This document shows, piece after piece, positions 26,346-39,498 of a DNA stretch of 64,000 nt. The stretch lies in the NCBI GenBank assembly GCA_951406725.2, contig OX597815.1:36518001-36582000 (forward strand), read 5' to 3'. Position numbers and translations under genes: made by a program. Within the stretch, counting starts at the first letter, position 1. Each line of letters begins with the position of its first letter. Under the pieces are notes generated by a model, which saw nothing but the letters and a program-made list of their open reading frames with translations, did not search any database and had not been told where the DNA came from. The DNA is from Octopus vulgaris (Eukaryota).

Positions 26346-26992
26346 CCAATATGTATATTTTTCTCAAGCTATTTATCAACCCCTAGCTCCCTGAAAATTC
26401 AACAGATAACACATGATTGAACCCTGTCAAAGGCTTTCTCTAGATCAAGGTATTCATGTCCAGATAAAATCTAGAATAACTTTCTCTCTTAATATTTTGA
26501 CAACTTGTTATGCTATGGCCAATTATTTATTCTAAAGCCGTACTTTTGGTCACTAATGATGACTGTTAGTTGTTGTCAAGGAAATATAATTTTATAATTT
26601 TCAGTGCATTCTCTTTATTGGGGGTGATAAAACCTTATATGATCTTTGAAGATAATAGATACACATGTGTTTCATGGTACACATCTCAATTCTTCTTGAA
26701 ACACAGTATTTTTCACTGAAAGTGCTCAATAAATAATTAAAAGTTAATTAGAGCTATGACAACAATGTCAATATGAGGGAAGTAGGACAGAGTGGAAAAA
26801 TCTTGAATGCAAGCTTATTTGCAATACTTTGGGATGCAAACGATTAGCTTGGAGGGAATAAGGCAGAATTTTAGTGTTACAGTTGTATAAATATTGTACA
26901 TCCAGGGAACATGGGACACTATAAAGTGAAGGGGATGAAGAAAGGGCACAAAATGTTTACATTATATTTGTGGTTCTGTATACATACCTTTT

Positions 26993-27619
26993 ATGTGATG
27001 GCACATGGCTCAGTGGTTAGAGCACCGAACTTACGATCGTGAGGTTGTAAGTTCGAATCCTGGACCAGGCTGCATGTTGTGTTATTAAGCAAGACACTTT
27101 ATTGCATGTTGCTCCAGTTAACTCAGCTGTAGAAATGAGTTGCAACGTCACAGGTGCCAAGCTGTATCGGCCCCTTTGCCTTTCCCTTGGATAACACTGG
27201 TGGCATGGAGAGGGGAGGCCAGTATGCATGGCCGACTGCTGATCTTCCATAAACAACCTTGCTTGGACTTGTGCCTGGGAGGGTAACTTTCTAGGTGCAA
27301 TCTCATGGTCAGTCATGACCGATCGTGAGGTTGTGAGTTCGAATCCTGGACCAGGCTGCGTGTTGTGTTATTAAGCAAGACACTTTATTTCATGTTGCTC
27401 CAGTTAACTCAGCTGTAGAAATGAGTTGCAACGTCACAGGTGCCAAGCTGTATCAGCCCCTTTGCCTTTCCCTTGGATAACACTGGTGGCGTGGAGAGGG
27501 GAGGCCGGTATGCATGGGTGACCTCTGGTCTTCCATAAACAACCTTGCCCGGACTTGTGCTTGGGAGGGTAACTTTCTAAGTTCAATCCCACAGTCAGTC
27601 ATGACCGAAGGGGGTCTCA
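26993..27619 (+). mobile_element. tRNA-headed SINE, internally duplicated, with 13-bp TSD
   Basis: A box tggctcagtggttagagc and B box gttcgaatcc. Body repeats from ~27320. TSD atacatacctttt at 26980-26992 and 27620-27632. Confidence 0.9.
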
Positions 27620-28664
27620 ATACATACCTTTTGGTTGGAAATTTAATCTTAGACATTTCACTTATGCAGAATTTCATTTAATACACTCATACATTTTATC
27701 ATTGTAACCAGAAAACCCAAATTGCCATTGAGATTTTATTTAAATTCCAAACTTATTTAAAACTTGTGTTGTTTCACACCCATTTATCTATGGATAGGAT
27801 GGGTTTTTTTTTTGTTTTACTTTTGAAACAAACACTTTTAGAGCTGAATATAGCTTCCTAAAAAAAACTGGAAAATCTCTTTAAGGTCATCAAATGGTTT
27901 TATGGCGTTTTGCTGGTTTTTATACAATTTACACCAATTTACTTATTTAAAAAAAAAATTTATTTTATACATTTCCCAACCTGTCCAATTTAGTTTCTTT
28001 CACATTGAAATGTAAATTCTCTCAACAACCTCCCAATTTTTGCAGCAGTTAGCATGAATTATTCTGATACAACTTTCTAGTGACAGAACAGTTGAATTGT
28101 TGCATTAGCATTTCTGAAAATGTAATTGAAATTTCATGGAAAAATGGTTTAACTTCAAACAGACAGTTAACCTCTAACTGCCATTATCAAAAGTGCTTTG
28201 ATCAATTATGTGTGATTTTCTTTTCATTGTAAACTAAACAAAAATTGATAGTTTTGCCATGGTTATGAACTGAATCAACTGAGTCTAGTGCTTGATGAGA
28301 AACAACTTCACTTGGTATACTGAGTTATCTAAAATCAAATTCCATAAATGGTAACAATTTCTTACTAAATTTCATATAATCAAAAAATATAGGTACAGTG
28401 TGGTTAGGAAGTTAACTTTGAAATCACATTTTGGGTTCAGTCCTACAGCATAAATGTTGTCATCTAACATTCAATACTATGGCTACAAGTTAACTGATAC
28501 CTTATGAGTGAAATTGGTAGAATTGGAATCAGAAGGTGAAGAAACCTATGCCATGTAAAAAGCACCCAGTTTACTCTGTAAAGAGGTCGGTGTTAGGAAA
28601 GCTATCCAGCCATAGAAACCATGCCAAAAATGACATTGGGGCCTAACACAGCCCTACAGCGTCC

Positions 28665-29855
28665 CTGTACATGGCTTGCACAGCTCTCACTAATCATTCA
28701 TCTATCCCTAGTTTCCTCATTGACCACCAGATAAGGGATCGGGGGACCCTGTCAAAAGCTTTCTCCATATCAACGAAAGCCAAGTACAGAGGTTTATCTT
28801 TGGCAAGGTATTTCTCCTGCAGCTGTCTTACCAGAAATATAGCATCAGTGGTGCTTTTCTCTGGCACAAACTGAAACTGTATCTCATCTCAACTGATTCT
28901 TTCCTTTATTAGTTGGGCTATCACCCTCTCTGTGACCTTCATTACCTGATCCAACAACTTGATACCTCTGTAATTATTTATATCTAAAGTGTCACCGTTT
29001 CCTTTGTAGCAGTTGACTATAGTGCTGCTACACCAGTCATTGGGTATGACTCCTTTGTGTATCACCTGATTAACTATACGGGTGACTAGGCTATAGCCAG
29101 CACTGCTAGATATTTTGAGCATCTCTGCAGTGATTCCTGATGGGCCAGGGGCTTTCCCTGTCTTCATATTCTTAATTGCTTTATCTACCAAGGTACTGTC
29201 AACTCGGATAGCCGGTTCCTCTGTTGGGTCAACATTCAGCAGACTCTCTTTCTCCCATTCATTTTCTTTATTGAGCAACCTTTCATAGTGGCGTCTCCAA
29301 ACCTCGTTTAGTGCAAGTGAACCATCATCCATGCGAACACATTTCTCTCCTACATCATGATTCTCTCTCACACACTGTCTTGCAACATGAAATACCTCAA
29401 ATCTTTGGTCCTCACGGTGCAGAACATTGGCAAATTTTTTCTTATCTGCTTCCCCTCTGGCTAAATAAACCTGCCTCCTAACTTCCCTTCTGGCAGTCTG
29501 ATACAATTCCCTGCTGCCACTGTTCTTCCAGTCCTTCCAAGCCTATTTCTTTTCTCTAATAGCTCTGTCAACAACATTGTTCCACCACCACGTTATTTTG
29601 GGATGAGAGGGGACTTTGCACCAGCCACAGATCTTGTCAGTGGCCCTCAGCAGGTTGTCCTGTAGAAACCTCTAGTTGTATTCAACACCATGTGAAGCTA
29701 TATCCCCTTCTATTTTGTCAAAGGCTTTAAGTAATAAGTCTCTAAATCTCTGTCCATTCGCAGGATCTTTAAGCTTCCAGACCCTTCTCCTCCATGCTGG
29801 TCTTCTTCTGGGCATCCACTTAACCCTGATACTGAAGTCACTAACTACCAGTCTA
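28665..29855 (-). mobile_element. RTE-clade LINE ORF2 (RT N-terminal) fragment
   Basis: KAIKNMKTGKAPGPSGI...NYRGIKLL, plus a FVDMEKAFDRVP-type motif near 28760. Confidence 0.9.
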
Positions 29856-29870
29856 TGTATATATATATAT

Positions 29871-30095
29871 CATCATCATCATCATCGTTTAGCGTCCGTT
29901 TTCCATGCTAGCATGGGTTGGACGTTCTACTGGGGTCTGCGAAGCCAGAAGGCTTCATCAGGCCCAGTCAGATCTGGCAGTGTTTCTACGGCTGGATGCC
30001 CTTCCTAACGCCAACCACTCCGTGAGTGTAGTGGGTACTTTTTACGTGCCACCCGCACAGGTGCCAGACAGAGCTGGCAACCTAGCCAGAGCTGG

Positions 30096-30100
<5 letters not shown>
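29871..30100 (-). mobile_element. Family A short retroelement
   Basis: Conserved family body with (CAT)n. Confidence 0.85.
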
Positions 30101-30125
<25 letters not shown>

Positions 30126-30131
<6 letters not shown>

Positions 30132-30286
30132 GTTATCGCCATACTAATATGGCATTCTCATAAAAATAAGAAAAAAGCTGTCCGCTTATTAGCTCCATGA
30201 GGCCATCGCCTTAAGTTAGCTAATAAGCGGACAGCTTTTTTCTTATTTTTATAAGAATGCCATATTAGTATGGCGATAACTATTAT
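30126..30286. repeat. 69-bp inverted repeat with 23-nt spacer
   Basis: Arms 30126-30194 and 30218-30286 with one mismatch, next to (TA)n. Confidence 0.95.
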
Positions 30287-30402
30287 TTTCCGGGAACGCT
30301 GCCGCTGTTCTCTTTTAGAGAGACTTAGTTATTTTAATATTTCTATTATATATATATATATATATAAATGAAAGAATGGAGTTGAACGACGAATTAACAA
30401 AA

Positions 30403-30506
30403 TTCCTTTATTTTATTTTCGACATATGTTTCGAAGGCTGCATATTCCTAATTTCGAAGGAATAAGGGGTGCATTATGCTGCCTTCTCATCAGGAAAAGT
30501 AAGGAA
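30403..30506 (-). ncRNA. Type I hammerhead ribozyme with canonical core
   Basis: UUUUC-CUGAUGA-GAAGGC...GCCUUC-GAAA-CAUAUG-UC-GAAAA. GUC triplet at 30423-30421. Palindromic stem III ACAUAUGU. Stem I is extended by UUCCUU/AAGGAA. Confidence 0.75.
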
Positions 30507-31244
30507 CTTATGTCAGCATCAAGATGCACACGGAGCCCATAGCGATAATGAGTGTTTCTCATTACATAAACACATGCACACATGCAGAAGCACACACATA
30601 TGCACACAGACATGAATGCATATATACCACTCACCCACACAACATACATGTACATGCACACACATACACACATAAACATACATATATGCACACACATATG
30701 CACACTGCACACACACAGGAACACATATATATCTCCCCTCACACAACATCCCCACACATACACACACACATTGACACACACCAAAACACAAACACACGGC
30801 ATACACATACATACACACTCATACACAATCTTCAGACTGCCTGTCAAGCACCCTTCCACTGACAATCCCATCTACACACATGTGAAGAAACACACACCAA
30901 TACAAAAGACCACCACTTCTGTTACCATAGCTGCTGAATTCTTCCTACAACATTAACAGACACAAAGATCACTCACACATACACATATAAACAGTTAATA
31001 CCACACACAACAGACATCCACACACACTCACAGAGTTACCACCACCACCTGCATACATACACACACACTCAGTTACTGCCACACACACACACACACACAC
31101 ACGTGTGAATACACCCACATATACCTTCTTCTCTTACACTCCCCTGTCTTTGAAAGAACTTTTTCTTCATCCATTCCCTCCACTTATTTCAAAATGTAAC
31201 TAAATGTGGATGGTTGGTGATTGTTTTGCTCCTTTTCTCTTGGA

Positions 31245-31403
31245 CTTTCCTCTGTCTCCTGTTCTTGAAGAAGAGCTTTGCTCGAAACATAATATACTCT
31301 TTCTTTCCCTCCCTGAGCATCTTTTAATACTTTGCATGTACTACATCCTTACATTGTTATTTTTGCTTGTGTTTTTTCTTCTTTTCGTTTATTTTTGGAT
31401 TAA
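31245..31403 (+). mobile_element. Penelope-like fragment (hammerhead core decayed to TTGAAGA)
   Basis: Homologous to the 11950, 26200 and 40462 copies. Confidence 0.55.
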
Positions 31404-31406
31404 CTC

Positions 31407-31930
31407 TTGGGTTGGTGCATAATTATTGCAGCTTTTTTTCAACAAATTTTATTCAACAAAAACAATAACAATATTTAACAAAAACACCTTTAAATGACGG
31501 TCTGACTGTCTGCCAAGCAAATTGAAAGCAGTAATTGAAGTAGATGGTGAATATGCTCCGGAATAATCATTTAAAGATGTTTTTGTTACATGTTGTCATT
31601 GTTTTTGTTTTATATATATATATATATATATACGAGCAAAACACCCCCTGTCCAATGGATGGTGCTGAGTTGTCAAACATTTAAACCAAATTTTCTCAAA
31701 ACAACTTGTCCAACTGTCCCATTTTGTGGAATTATTTTGAGCCAGCCAGCTTTTTTGCGCAAACTGCATGTGCATTTTTCTTATGTACGCGTAGTATTGA
31801 TCGCCACAGCTGATGTACTTGCATGTACAAATGCACATTCTCATGGCTTTATCAATGACATTCTCACCTGGAATCGATTTTTGTAATTTTCCAAGACGTA
31901 TACACGCCCTGATTCCGGAAGAGCATCTGT
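31407..31930. mobile_element. Rearranged mariner remnant
   Basis: ttgggttggtgcataattattgc TIR-like start and LPSKLKAVIEVDGEY C-terminal motif. Confidence 0.55.
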
Positions 31931-33259
31931 CTTAACAAATTCTGTCCAACCCATGTGAGCATGGAAAAGTGGATGCCAAAATACTGATGATATGCATGGT
32001 GTTTGTAATGTGGTGAGCAGGCAGAATTGTTACTATTCTGGGCAAAATGCTTAGCAGCTTTTTTTCTGTCTTTGCATTCTGAGTTCCAATTCTGCTGAGG
32101 TCAACTTTGCAGTTCACCTTTTAAGGGTTGTACCCTGGGGTTGATGTAATTGACTAAATCCCTCCCCCAAAATTGCTGGCCTTGTGCCAAAATTTGCAAT
32201 CGATATGTGAGGTGTTTGTGTTGTATTTGCTACTGAAAGGAATAAGACTGCCATGACCCCATTCATTGGTGAATTGGAATATATTTTGGATGGCCCTGCT
32301 CATGGAGTCAGTGCAGATTTAGCATAAGGTTGCATATGGATGGTAGTTGGTTGGAAGGTTTAGGAAAGAATAAAGGTTAATATTACCTGCAAAAAGTGAA
32401 TGCTGCTGGAAGTGATGACAAGTAGGTCGTTAATAAATATCAGGAATAGTGTGGGGGAACAGAGCAAAATCCTGGGACATAACAGAAATGATAGAGTATG
32501 GGGTAGAGAGAACTCCATCAATACAGGCTGAAATAAAGGTTGGATATTATAAGAATCATATATAGTGTGCAAGAGAGAAGACTATGATGATATGGGCATG
32601 ACATGTATGGAGGAAGTCAGTTGTATAAAGAAGCACTGAAAGCTCTAAGTGGATAGAAGCTGTAGTTCAGAGAGACTTAACAAGACATGGAAAGAAGTAG
32701 TGAAGCTTGAGCTCAAGAAGATGAACTTTATGTATGAAATGAGAAAGGATCATGACAAGAGGTGATCTGCAGTGCTGGAGAATACCTGTCTATTCATTTA
32801 AACATGTCAAGAAAGCTGTTAAAATGGTTGTGGTGATGGCAGTTGGGTTTTCAGTCTGTTTATATTCAGCTCCCTCTACCATTGTCTCTTTATAACTCTA
32901 CTTCTTCTCTGTCACACTAGTTATGTAATGAAGGATAACATTGGATATTCAATCTACTCAACCATCACCCTTATTTATTGCTAATCATTACTGCCCTTTT
33001 ATCACTCATTGACAACCATCACTCTCTTTCTCTTTCTATCTTTCTTAACCATCATTCATCACTTATCTTTATTGCTATTCTCTATCATCCTTTTGCTCTG
33101 GTGCTTTCCTCCACCTTTCTTCTATTCACCTTCTCAAATCACATTGTCTTGAATGAACAGAGACGACATGAAGCATAAAGGACCCATTAGTCTTGCCAGG
33201 AACAAAGCAACCTCTCTTGTGCTTACATCACAACAAAATGTACCCAGTATACTCTGTAA

Positions 33260-33462
33260 TGGAGTTGCAGATCCGTGGAATTAGCTGCCGGACGAGATAG
33301 TGAAGATGCCGATGACCGCTCGGTTCAAAGTCTCTCTTGACCAGAAATGGCCTGAACTCTTTGTATGAACACCCTCCCTGTACATAACTCCATGTGCCCC
33401 TACATGGCCTTGCTTTTGCTTTTTGAGCCAAAAAAATTAAATTAAATTAAATTAAAAATTAA
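33260..33462 (+). mobile_element. CR1-like LINE 3' end
   Basis: PWN*LPDEIV...FKVSLD followed by an (AAATT)n tail. Confidence 0.65.
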
Positions 33463-34729
33463 TGTAAGGAAGAGCAACAATCCATAGAAACAATTGCAAA
33501 AATGAAACATAGATGTAAGATATGGTCCTTGACTTGTCTAGGAAGACAGTAACATAAAAAAAAAAGCTGATATGGAGTGTAATGATCCAACCAACACATG
33601 TTAGTATGGAAAGTAGATGTAAAATGCTGCTGATGATGAAGATGACGATGCTGAGGATGATGATGATGATGAAGATGAGTAGGAGTAGGAGGAGGATATA
33701 TAGAGTTTAGTTTGAATTTTGAATGGAATCCATGGGTATTAGAGAAGAAGAGGAAGAATCAATCAGGTTTGAGTTTTGGGACCTTGGATGAATGTAAGGA
33801 GTAATCATATTTCAAGAAATCACAGAAATACCTAAATGTGAGTCTGATTTGAATGCTTACAAGAGATTATACTCTTTTAAAGGCACTCTTGGATGAGGTG
33901 GTGAGATTATTAAATTGAGTAGTGGCTACTACTAAATAAAAAGGGAAGTGTTTGGAGCCCTCTATACCAAATACAATAGAACAACATCAGGTGAAGGATG
34001 ACACAGAGTCTAAGACCCATCCATCTGTTCATCCATCCATCCATCCATCCACCTATCTGTCTATTTGCCTGTCTGTCTATCTATGTCCGTCCGTCTGTCT
34101 GTCTATCTATTTATCTATCTATCTATCTATGTATGTATGTATCTATCTATCTATCTATCTATCTTTCACAGACTATGACCTCCACCTTCTCTTTATCTTG
34201 TTTACTCTCTTCCTAGTCACTCCTCTAGTATCCAACAAAGGGCCATGTTTGAATTGTTATAAATTTTATTCAATAACTTTTTCCTTCTTTGAGTGTCAAC
34301 CTATTTATGTTAACTGTGAAATTCCCATGGATTTTTGTCTTGTTATTTGTATTTGCTTTGGTATATATATATTTATATATAATCGTGTCTGTGTGTGTAT
34401 GGCCAAAATATACATACATGCATACATACATACTTACATAAATATGTGAGTGTGTGTGTGTGCATGTGTATAGTTTTGGCAACAATATATGAATTGATTA
34501 CTTTGTAGTTAACCATATTCATATAACTTTCATTCAGAGAGCTTTCCATTGACAAATAGCATATTGAGGACAGTGATAAAAGGAGAGAGGGAGAGACAGA
34601 GAGAGCAAGATAGAGGGAGAGAGAGAGAATGTAAGTGCAAAGAGGTGGAGAACAAGAAGTGACAGTCACTGTCTGTAAAGTTGATGATATAACCTATAAA
34701 TAGATCTAGGAGAAATAAAAAAAAAAAAA

Positions 34730-35187
34730 CATCCAAAGAGAATATTTTGCAGCAGGTAGTTCGAAAATATGGTTTGTCTTCTGAATGAATATTTTCGTCA
34801 GTAACTGAGATGCATTCTTCTGAGAATGATTTACCATAGATATCACAGTTTGGGAATGATTTAATGTTATTTAAGGTTTGCAAATGCACAGCAAAAATCA
34901 ATTAGAACATTTTTCTTCTTTCTTGAAGAATACCATGAAACAAATTTGAGCTAAGTCCATCAGCAGAAGTAAATTTCTGGTTGAAGCTATTTCACTTTCA
35001 CTCTTGTTATATTTTCCTTCAAAATGTAATAAATATTATAACCTCATTTTCTTTTTCTTATAAATTTCCTTCACCTGATCTGGACTCCTATTTATCACTG
35101 TTTTGTTTTTGACCAAAGGGTTGTTTATATTTGACACTCTCTTCAAAATATTGATACAAGAGACATGCTTGAGGTTCATAGTAACAA
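34730..35187 (-). pseudogene. Degenerate C2H2 zinc-finger gene remnant
   Basis: CDIYGKSFSEECISVTDENIHSEDKPYFRTTCCKIFS retains GKSFS and an HTGEKPY-like linker. Zinc ligands are lost and upstream stops are present. Confidence 0.5.
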
Positions 35188-35880
35188 TAGTTGATATCTT
35201 CTCGATATAACGATCCACTTTTTGTCCGGTGTGCTAACGATTATTTCAGCTTGCCACCTTATTATGATACAGCAATACTTTCACTTATGTTATCAGGGTA
35301 TTTGACACGGGTTTTCACAACTGTGGTCAAAGTTTCCCTGAAGATTTCCTTTTCATGCAAGATATGTAAAGTATGGTAGTCAGCCAGGTAGAGTTAAAAT
35401 TTACTGGACCAAAAAAAGGGATTTGTGGAGGTCACCGCAATTCATTACAAAAAAAAAAAAAAATGTTCAATGATTCTGGGATGGTAGGCCCGGTATCCCA
35501 TCCACCCTCTTTTCCGAACAAAAATAAGGGGTTTGCAGCACTTCAGAAGGTCAGGGTACTCGATTCCACTAAAAAAATCCGATTTTTTTTCATCTTCTTA
35601 AGGAAAATCGTGTGGGGTGACTATAAAAATTTACCGAATTTTTTCCATGGTATTCTAAGCTCAGAGAAAGTTTGACTCCACCTGACTGACTACCATACTT
35701 TACATATCTTGCATGAAAATGAAATCTTCTGGGAAACTTTGACGACAGTTGTGAAAACCCGTGTCAAATACCCTGGTAATATAAGTGAAAGTATTACTGT
35801 ATCATAATAAGGTGGCAAGCTGAAATAATCGTTAGCACACCGGACAAAAAGTGGATCTTATATCGAGAAGATATCTACTA
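35188..35880. repeat. ~210-bp inverted repeat with ~270-bp spacer
   Basis: Arms ~35188-35398 and ~35671-35880 with high identity. The spacer resembles 35885-36050. Confidence 0.9.
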
Positions 35881-36080
35881 CTTTAAACTCAATGATTCCG
35901 GGATATGGGCGGTTTCTCACCCCCACTTTTTTTCCGAAAAAAAAAAAGGGGGGTGCGGCACATTAGGAGGTCAGGTACTTGATTCTAGGCAAAAAATCCG
36001 TGTTTTTTTTCCGTGCGGGTAAAAGTATCAAAATTTACCAAAAATTCCGGTTCTGATATGCTATTTTATGTAATCTAAGG

Positions 36081-36358
36081 CAGTGCTACTGAAAGTGGTG
36101 GTCTGTGGACCGGTTCCGGATCGCGAGCCATCAGCTGCTGGTATGCGGCGAGTTTCCAGAAAGAAAAGAAACATTATAAAATGCTTATGTAATATTATAT
36201 TATAAATATAAGATTTTAAAACTTGTCAGTTTTAATTATATTCATTATATATATATAGTTTCCGGTATAAATTAATATTACTAAGAAATATTACTGGTCC
36301 CTGGCACACTGAAAAAAAAACTGCTGGTACGCCACATGAGATAGTTTGAGAAGCACTG
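36081..36358. mobile_element. hAT (Charlie-like) MITE
   Basis: CAGTGCTACTGAAA ... TTTGAGAAGCACTG. Flanks tctaagg and tcaagg are TSD-like. Confidence 0.7.
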
Positions 36359-37346
36359 TCAAGGCAACAAATTCCAAGGGAAACAACTCTTGACGCAACT
36401 ATTGTTACAATGAAAATTTTGAACTATCGTTATCACCCGGAACTGTTTCACTTGTTACTCTTCTTTCATTCTTAAAACTTCTGAGCCACCGTATTATCTC
36501 TCTCTTTCTCACTTTTCCTCTCCGTATCAACTATGTTTGCTCAACACTTTTAAACCTATCTATCTCTTTTGCTCTCTCTCCCTCTTTTCCTCTCCTTCTC
36601 TTCCTCCCGCTCAACCTTTCTCAATGTTTAACATCATAACTCAAGACAGCGAAGCTCATATTCCGATACTGGTTGACTTTTTATCTTCTTTATTAATAAA
36701 ATAAATATTACCTATGGCGAGAGCCAATTTAATTGATCATACCCATCAGCTGCAAAAGTAGATTTGTGTCCAAGTAAGAAATCATTGTTTATATATAACC
36801 ATGACGTTACACGTGGTATTTTGAGGCGCTATTTTGGCCATATATTGTATTTGGTATTGAGACTAACCATACATGTGCAATATATATACTATATAGTATT
36901 TTGCAATATTATACATAGTAACCATGAAGTGTTTTATAAATAGCATTGTGTGGTGTAATAAATATCTTATAATAGTGTTATAGTGGTGTTATAAATACTA
37001 TTATGTAGTGTTATAATAATATTGAAAAATACTGGAATGGGTGTAAAACAAAGTGTAGGAAACGAATGTGAAAGAAAATGCGCGCAAAGCAACGGGAGGG
37101 TGGTGAGAGGACTTCAGAAAATTCACAAGATTTGAGCTTTTCCCTCATAACTTTTAGGAAAATGAAGTTTTTTCAATGAAATTTCATAGAAATACTTTTC
37201 AAACGGTATACATTACGATTATAAAGAAATTTGTGGGGGAAATCTTTTCCAAGGGGTGGGGGTGGGGAGAGGACTTTGGAAAATTCACAAAATCCTAGTT
37301 TTTCCCTCATAACTTTTAGGAAAATTGGGTTTTTTTTCGATGAAAT

Positions 37347-37632
37347 TGTGATGTAAAGAAAGAAAAAAGTACAGAAGTGAAGAGAGAATTATGGTAGTCT
37401 TACCTGTTGGTTTGGAGAAAGGGTCACTTTCAACATCTACGTGCTGACATGATTTCCAAGGTTCACTCCTCATCCACGTTGCTCTACCTTCTTACACGTC
37501 TACTCTGATGTGCTGTTTGCTGCCGACTGACTTTCGTGCTTCACTGAATGTCACATGTCCACTGTGGCACTTCCAGTGGGATCTTCTAACAGGACATACC
37601 TACTCCCTCACTTCCGATTCTTCCCTACAACA
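37347..37632 (-). mobile_element. 3' LTR of Gypsy-like retrotransposon
   Basis: Minus strand: purine-rich PPT agatcagtgggg, then TGTTGTAG ... TACATCACA. Confidence 0.75.
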
Positions 37633-37752
37633 CCCCACTGATCTGAAGATCATTCAACCAACCTGCCCACGCTCTCTTCTCAACCCCGACCACATGCCTT
37701 AACTTGTCTCGTAAGCAGCCAACCAGCAAGGAAGGCACCAGTCCCTCTGTGA

Positions 37753-39498
37753 CTACTGTGGGACTTCAGGACTGGCCTCAGTGTCTGGCATGTTCTTGCC
37801 AGCTTCTTTCTCTTGTCTATTACTGTTGGCCTCTGTCGCAGTGATGACCCTGCGCCCATCAAAAACATGTTGTGAAATGCCATCTTTGGATACGTTGTTC
37901 CTTGAATTCACAGAGGTTATTGTCCCCTTTTCCCACTGTGATGTGCACTGCACATTTGGGGGCTTAACCCAGACTTCTTCTCCGACCCGCAAACAGGCAT
38001 GTTCTTTTTCTTCTGCGGGACATGGTGATGTAGTACATGGATGCCTCCACTCATACTTGAATATTGCCCTGTGTGACACTGACTCCTCAGCCTGTCCAGC
38101 CCTGGGCGACATATTATACCAAAAAATGGCCTTCACCAGTGAGATGTGGCTTCCCTTTGCTATGGTCTTGATGGTACGATGATGCCTCTCCACAACCCCA
38201 TTGCCGCTTGGCTGGTATGCCACCCTGAAGAAACAGCTAATATGCCACTTGTCGAGCATTTACCTCAGCACCTCCGAACGAAACACAGTGCCATTGTCCA
38301 CAAGCAGTTCATCCACAGGGCCTCATTCTGGGAATACCCCATTCAGTATTCTTGTGACTTCCTCCCTGGTCCCCGTCTTCATCTCCCTCCATATGGCCAA
38401 CTGCCCCGGTCTGCAGTCGACTATCGGGAGGTATGCCCCCTGCCGGTAGTGCATCACGTCCACTGCCAGTCATTTCCAGTTGTGTTCCACTGGAATGCTT
38501 CCTGCCTCATGCACACTTGGAGCGGGGTCAATGGACTGGCACCTGTTGGAGCTCCCAACTACCCTTTGCACACTCTGCCTGGTCACATCAGAGTAAACTC
38601 TCCTGGCTAGGGACAGGGTCCTGTCTACCCCCATGTGATGCATGGTATGCAATTTCCTCAGCTCCGAGTCACTCAGTCGACACACTGCAGCCGCTCCTTG
38701 CTCCAGATCTTCTGGCACCTGCAACCAGGCTTTCTTTTTCTGGTCAGAATGTCCACTCTATTCCTCTCTGAGGGCACAAAAACCACACTCAGCCTCAGGT
38801 CAAACTCGGCAGCTAGCTCACCCAGAATTCCCAGACAGTGTTTTATCAACATCTCTGCATCCCCTTTGGTTCGCACCCTCCGCTCTCCTGTGATCACTGA
38901 TCCCACCCACCTAAGTACAGTAGCTGAATTGGTCCGGATCTCGATGGTATGCAGCCCCCACCTCAGGGCCAGGTTCAGCCCTTTCAGCATGGCAACCAGC
39001 TCCGCTAGTTGGTGTGGTTGCAGTTGTCTTTCTTCCTAAGTCAGGCTGCATCCTCCACCATGACACTTCCAATTTCCAAGACAACACCCATTGCTATGCT
39101 GCTGGCATCACACCACACGATCCCCTTCTTCAATTTGGGCACATACCAGTTACCTCTTACTAGGTCCTCCGCAGTCACCCTCTCCAAGACTTCTTGCATC
39201 ATGGTGGTTGTCTTCTTGCCCACGTTATCACTCCACTTCACTCCTTCAGCTTGCCTCTTGATGAAGCTGTATACCATCCGGAGCCATCCTGCAAATGGGT
39301 AGTGTCCCAGTAGCTTCCCACACACAGAAACCAGTTCCCACCTGCTCGTTTTTGAGCCCAGTTCTGGGATCTCATTCCCTCTTCGAAACACCAACACGCC
39401 AGCCTTGTCTCTCCGTAGCTTGAGTCCCAGGGCAGCTCCTCCTTCCATTACCTCCAGTGGTTTGGCAGTTAGCCCAAAACTCTTCAGGTGGCTTATGA
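37753..39498 (-). pseudogene. Gypsy-like pol fragment (RT C-terminus, RNase H, integrase), frameshifted
   Basis: WCDASS (RNase H), HHMGVDRT...CQS (integrase zinc region), AYQPSGNGVVERHHRTIK (DDE core) and LRVGEEVWVK. Confidence 0.9.

Noticed and set aside
27001-27070. tRNA-like sequence
   Set aside because: It is a SINE head with a poor acceptor stem, followed by SINE body and TSD.
27980-28330. Two minus-strand acceptor-like sites in unique sequence
   Set aside because: All frames close quickly and there is no clear donor.
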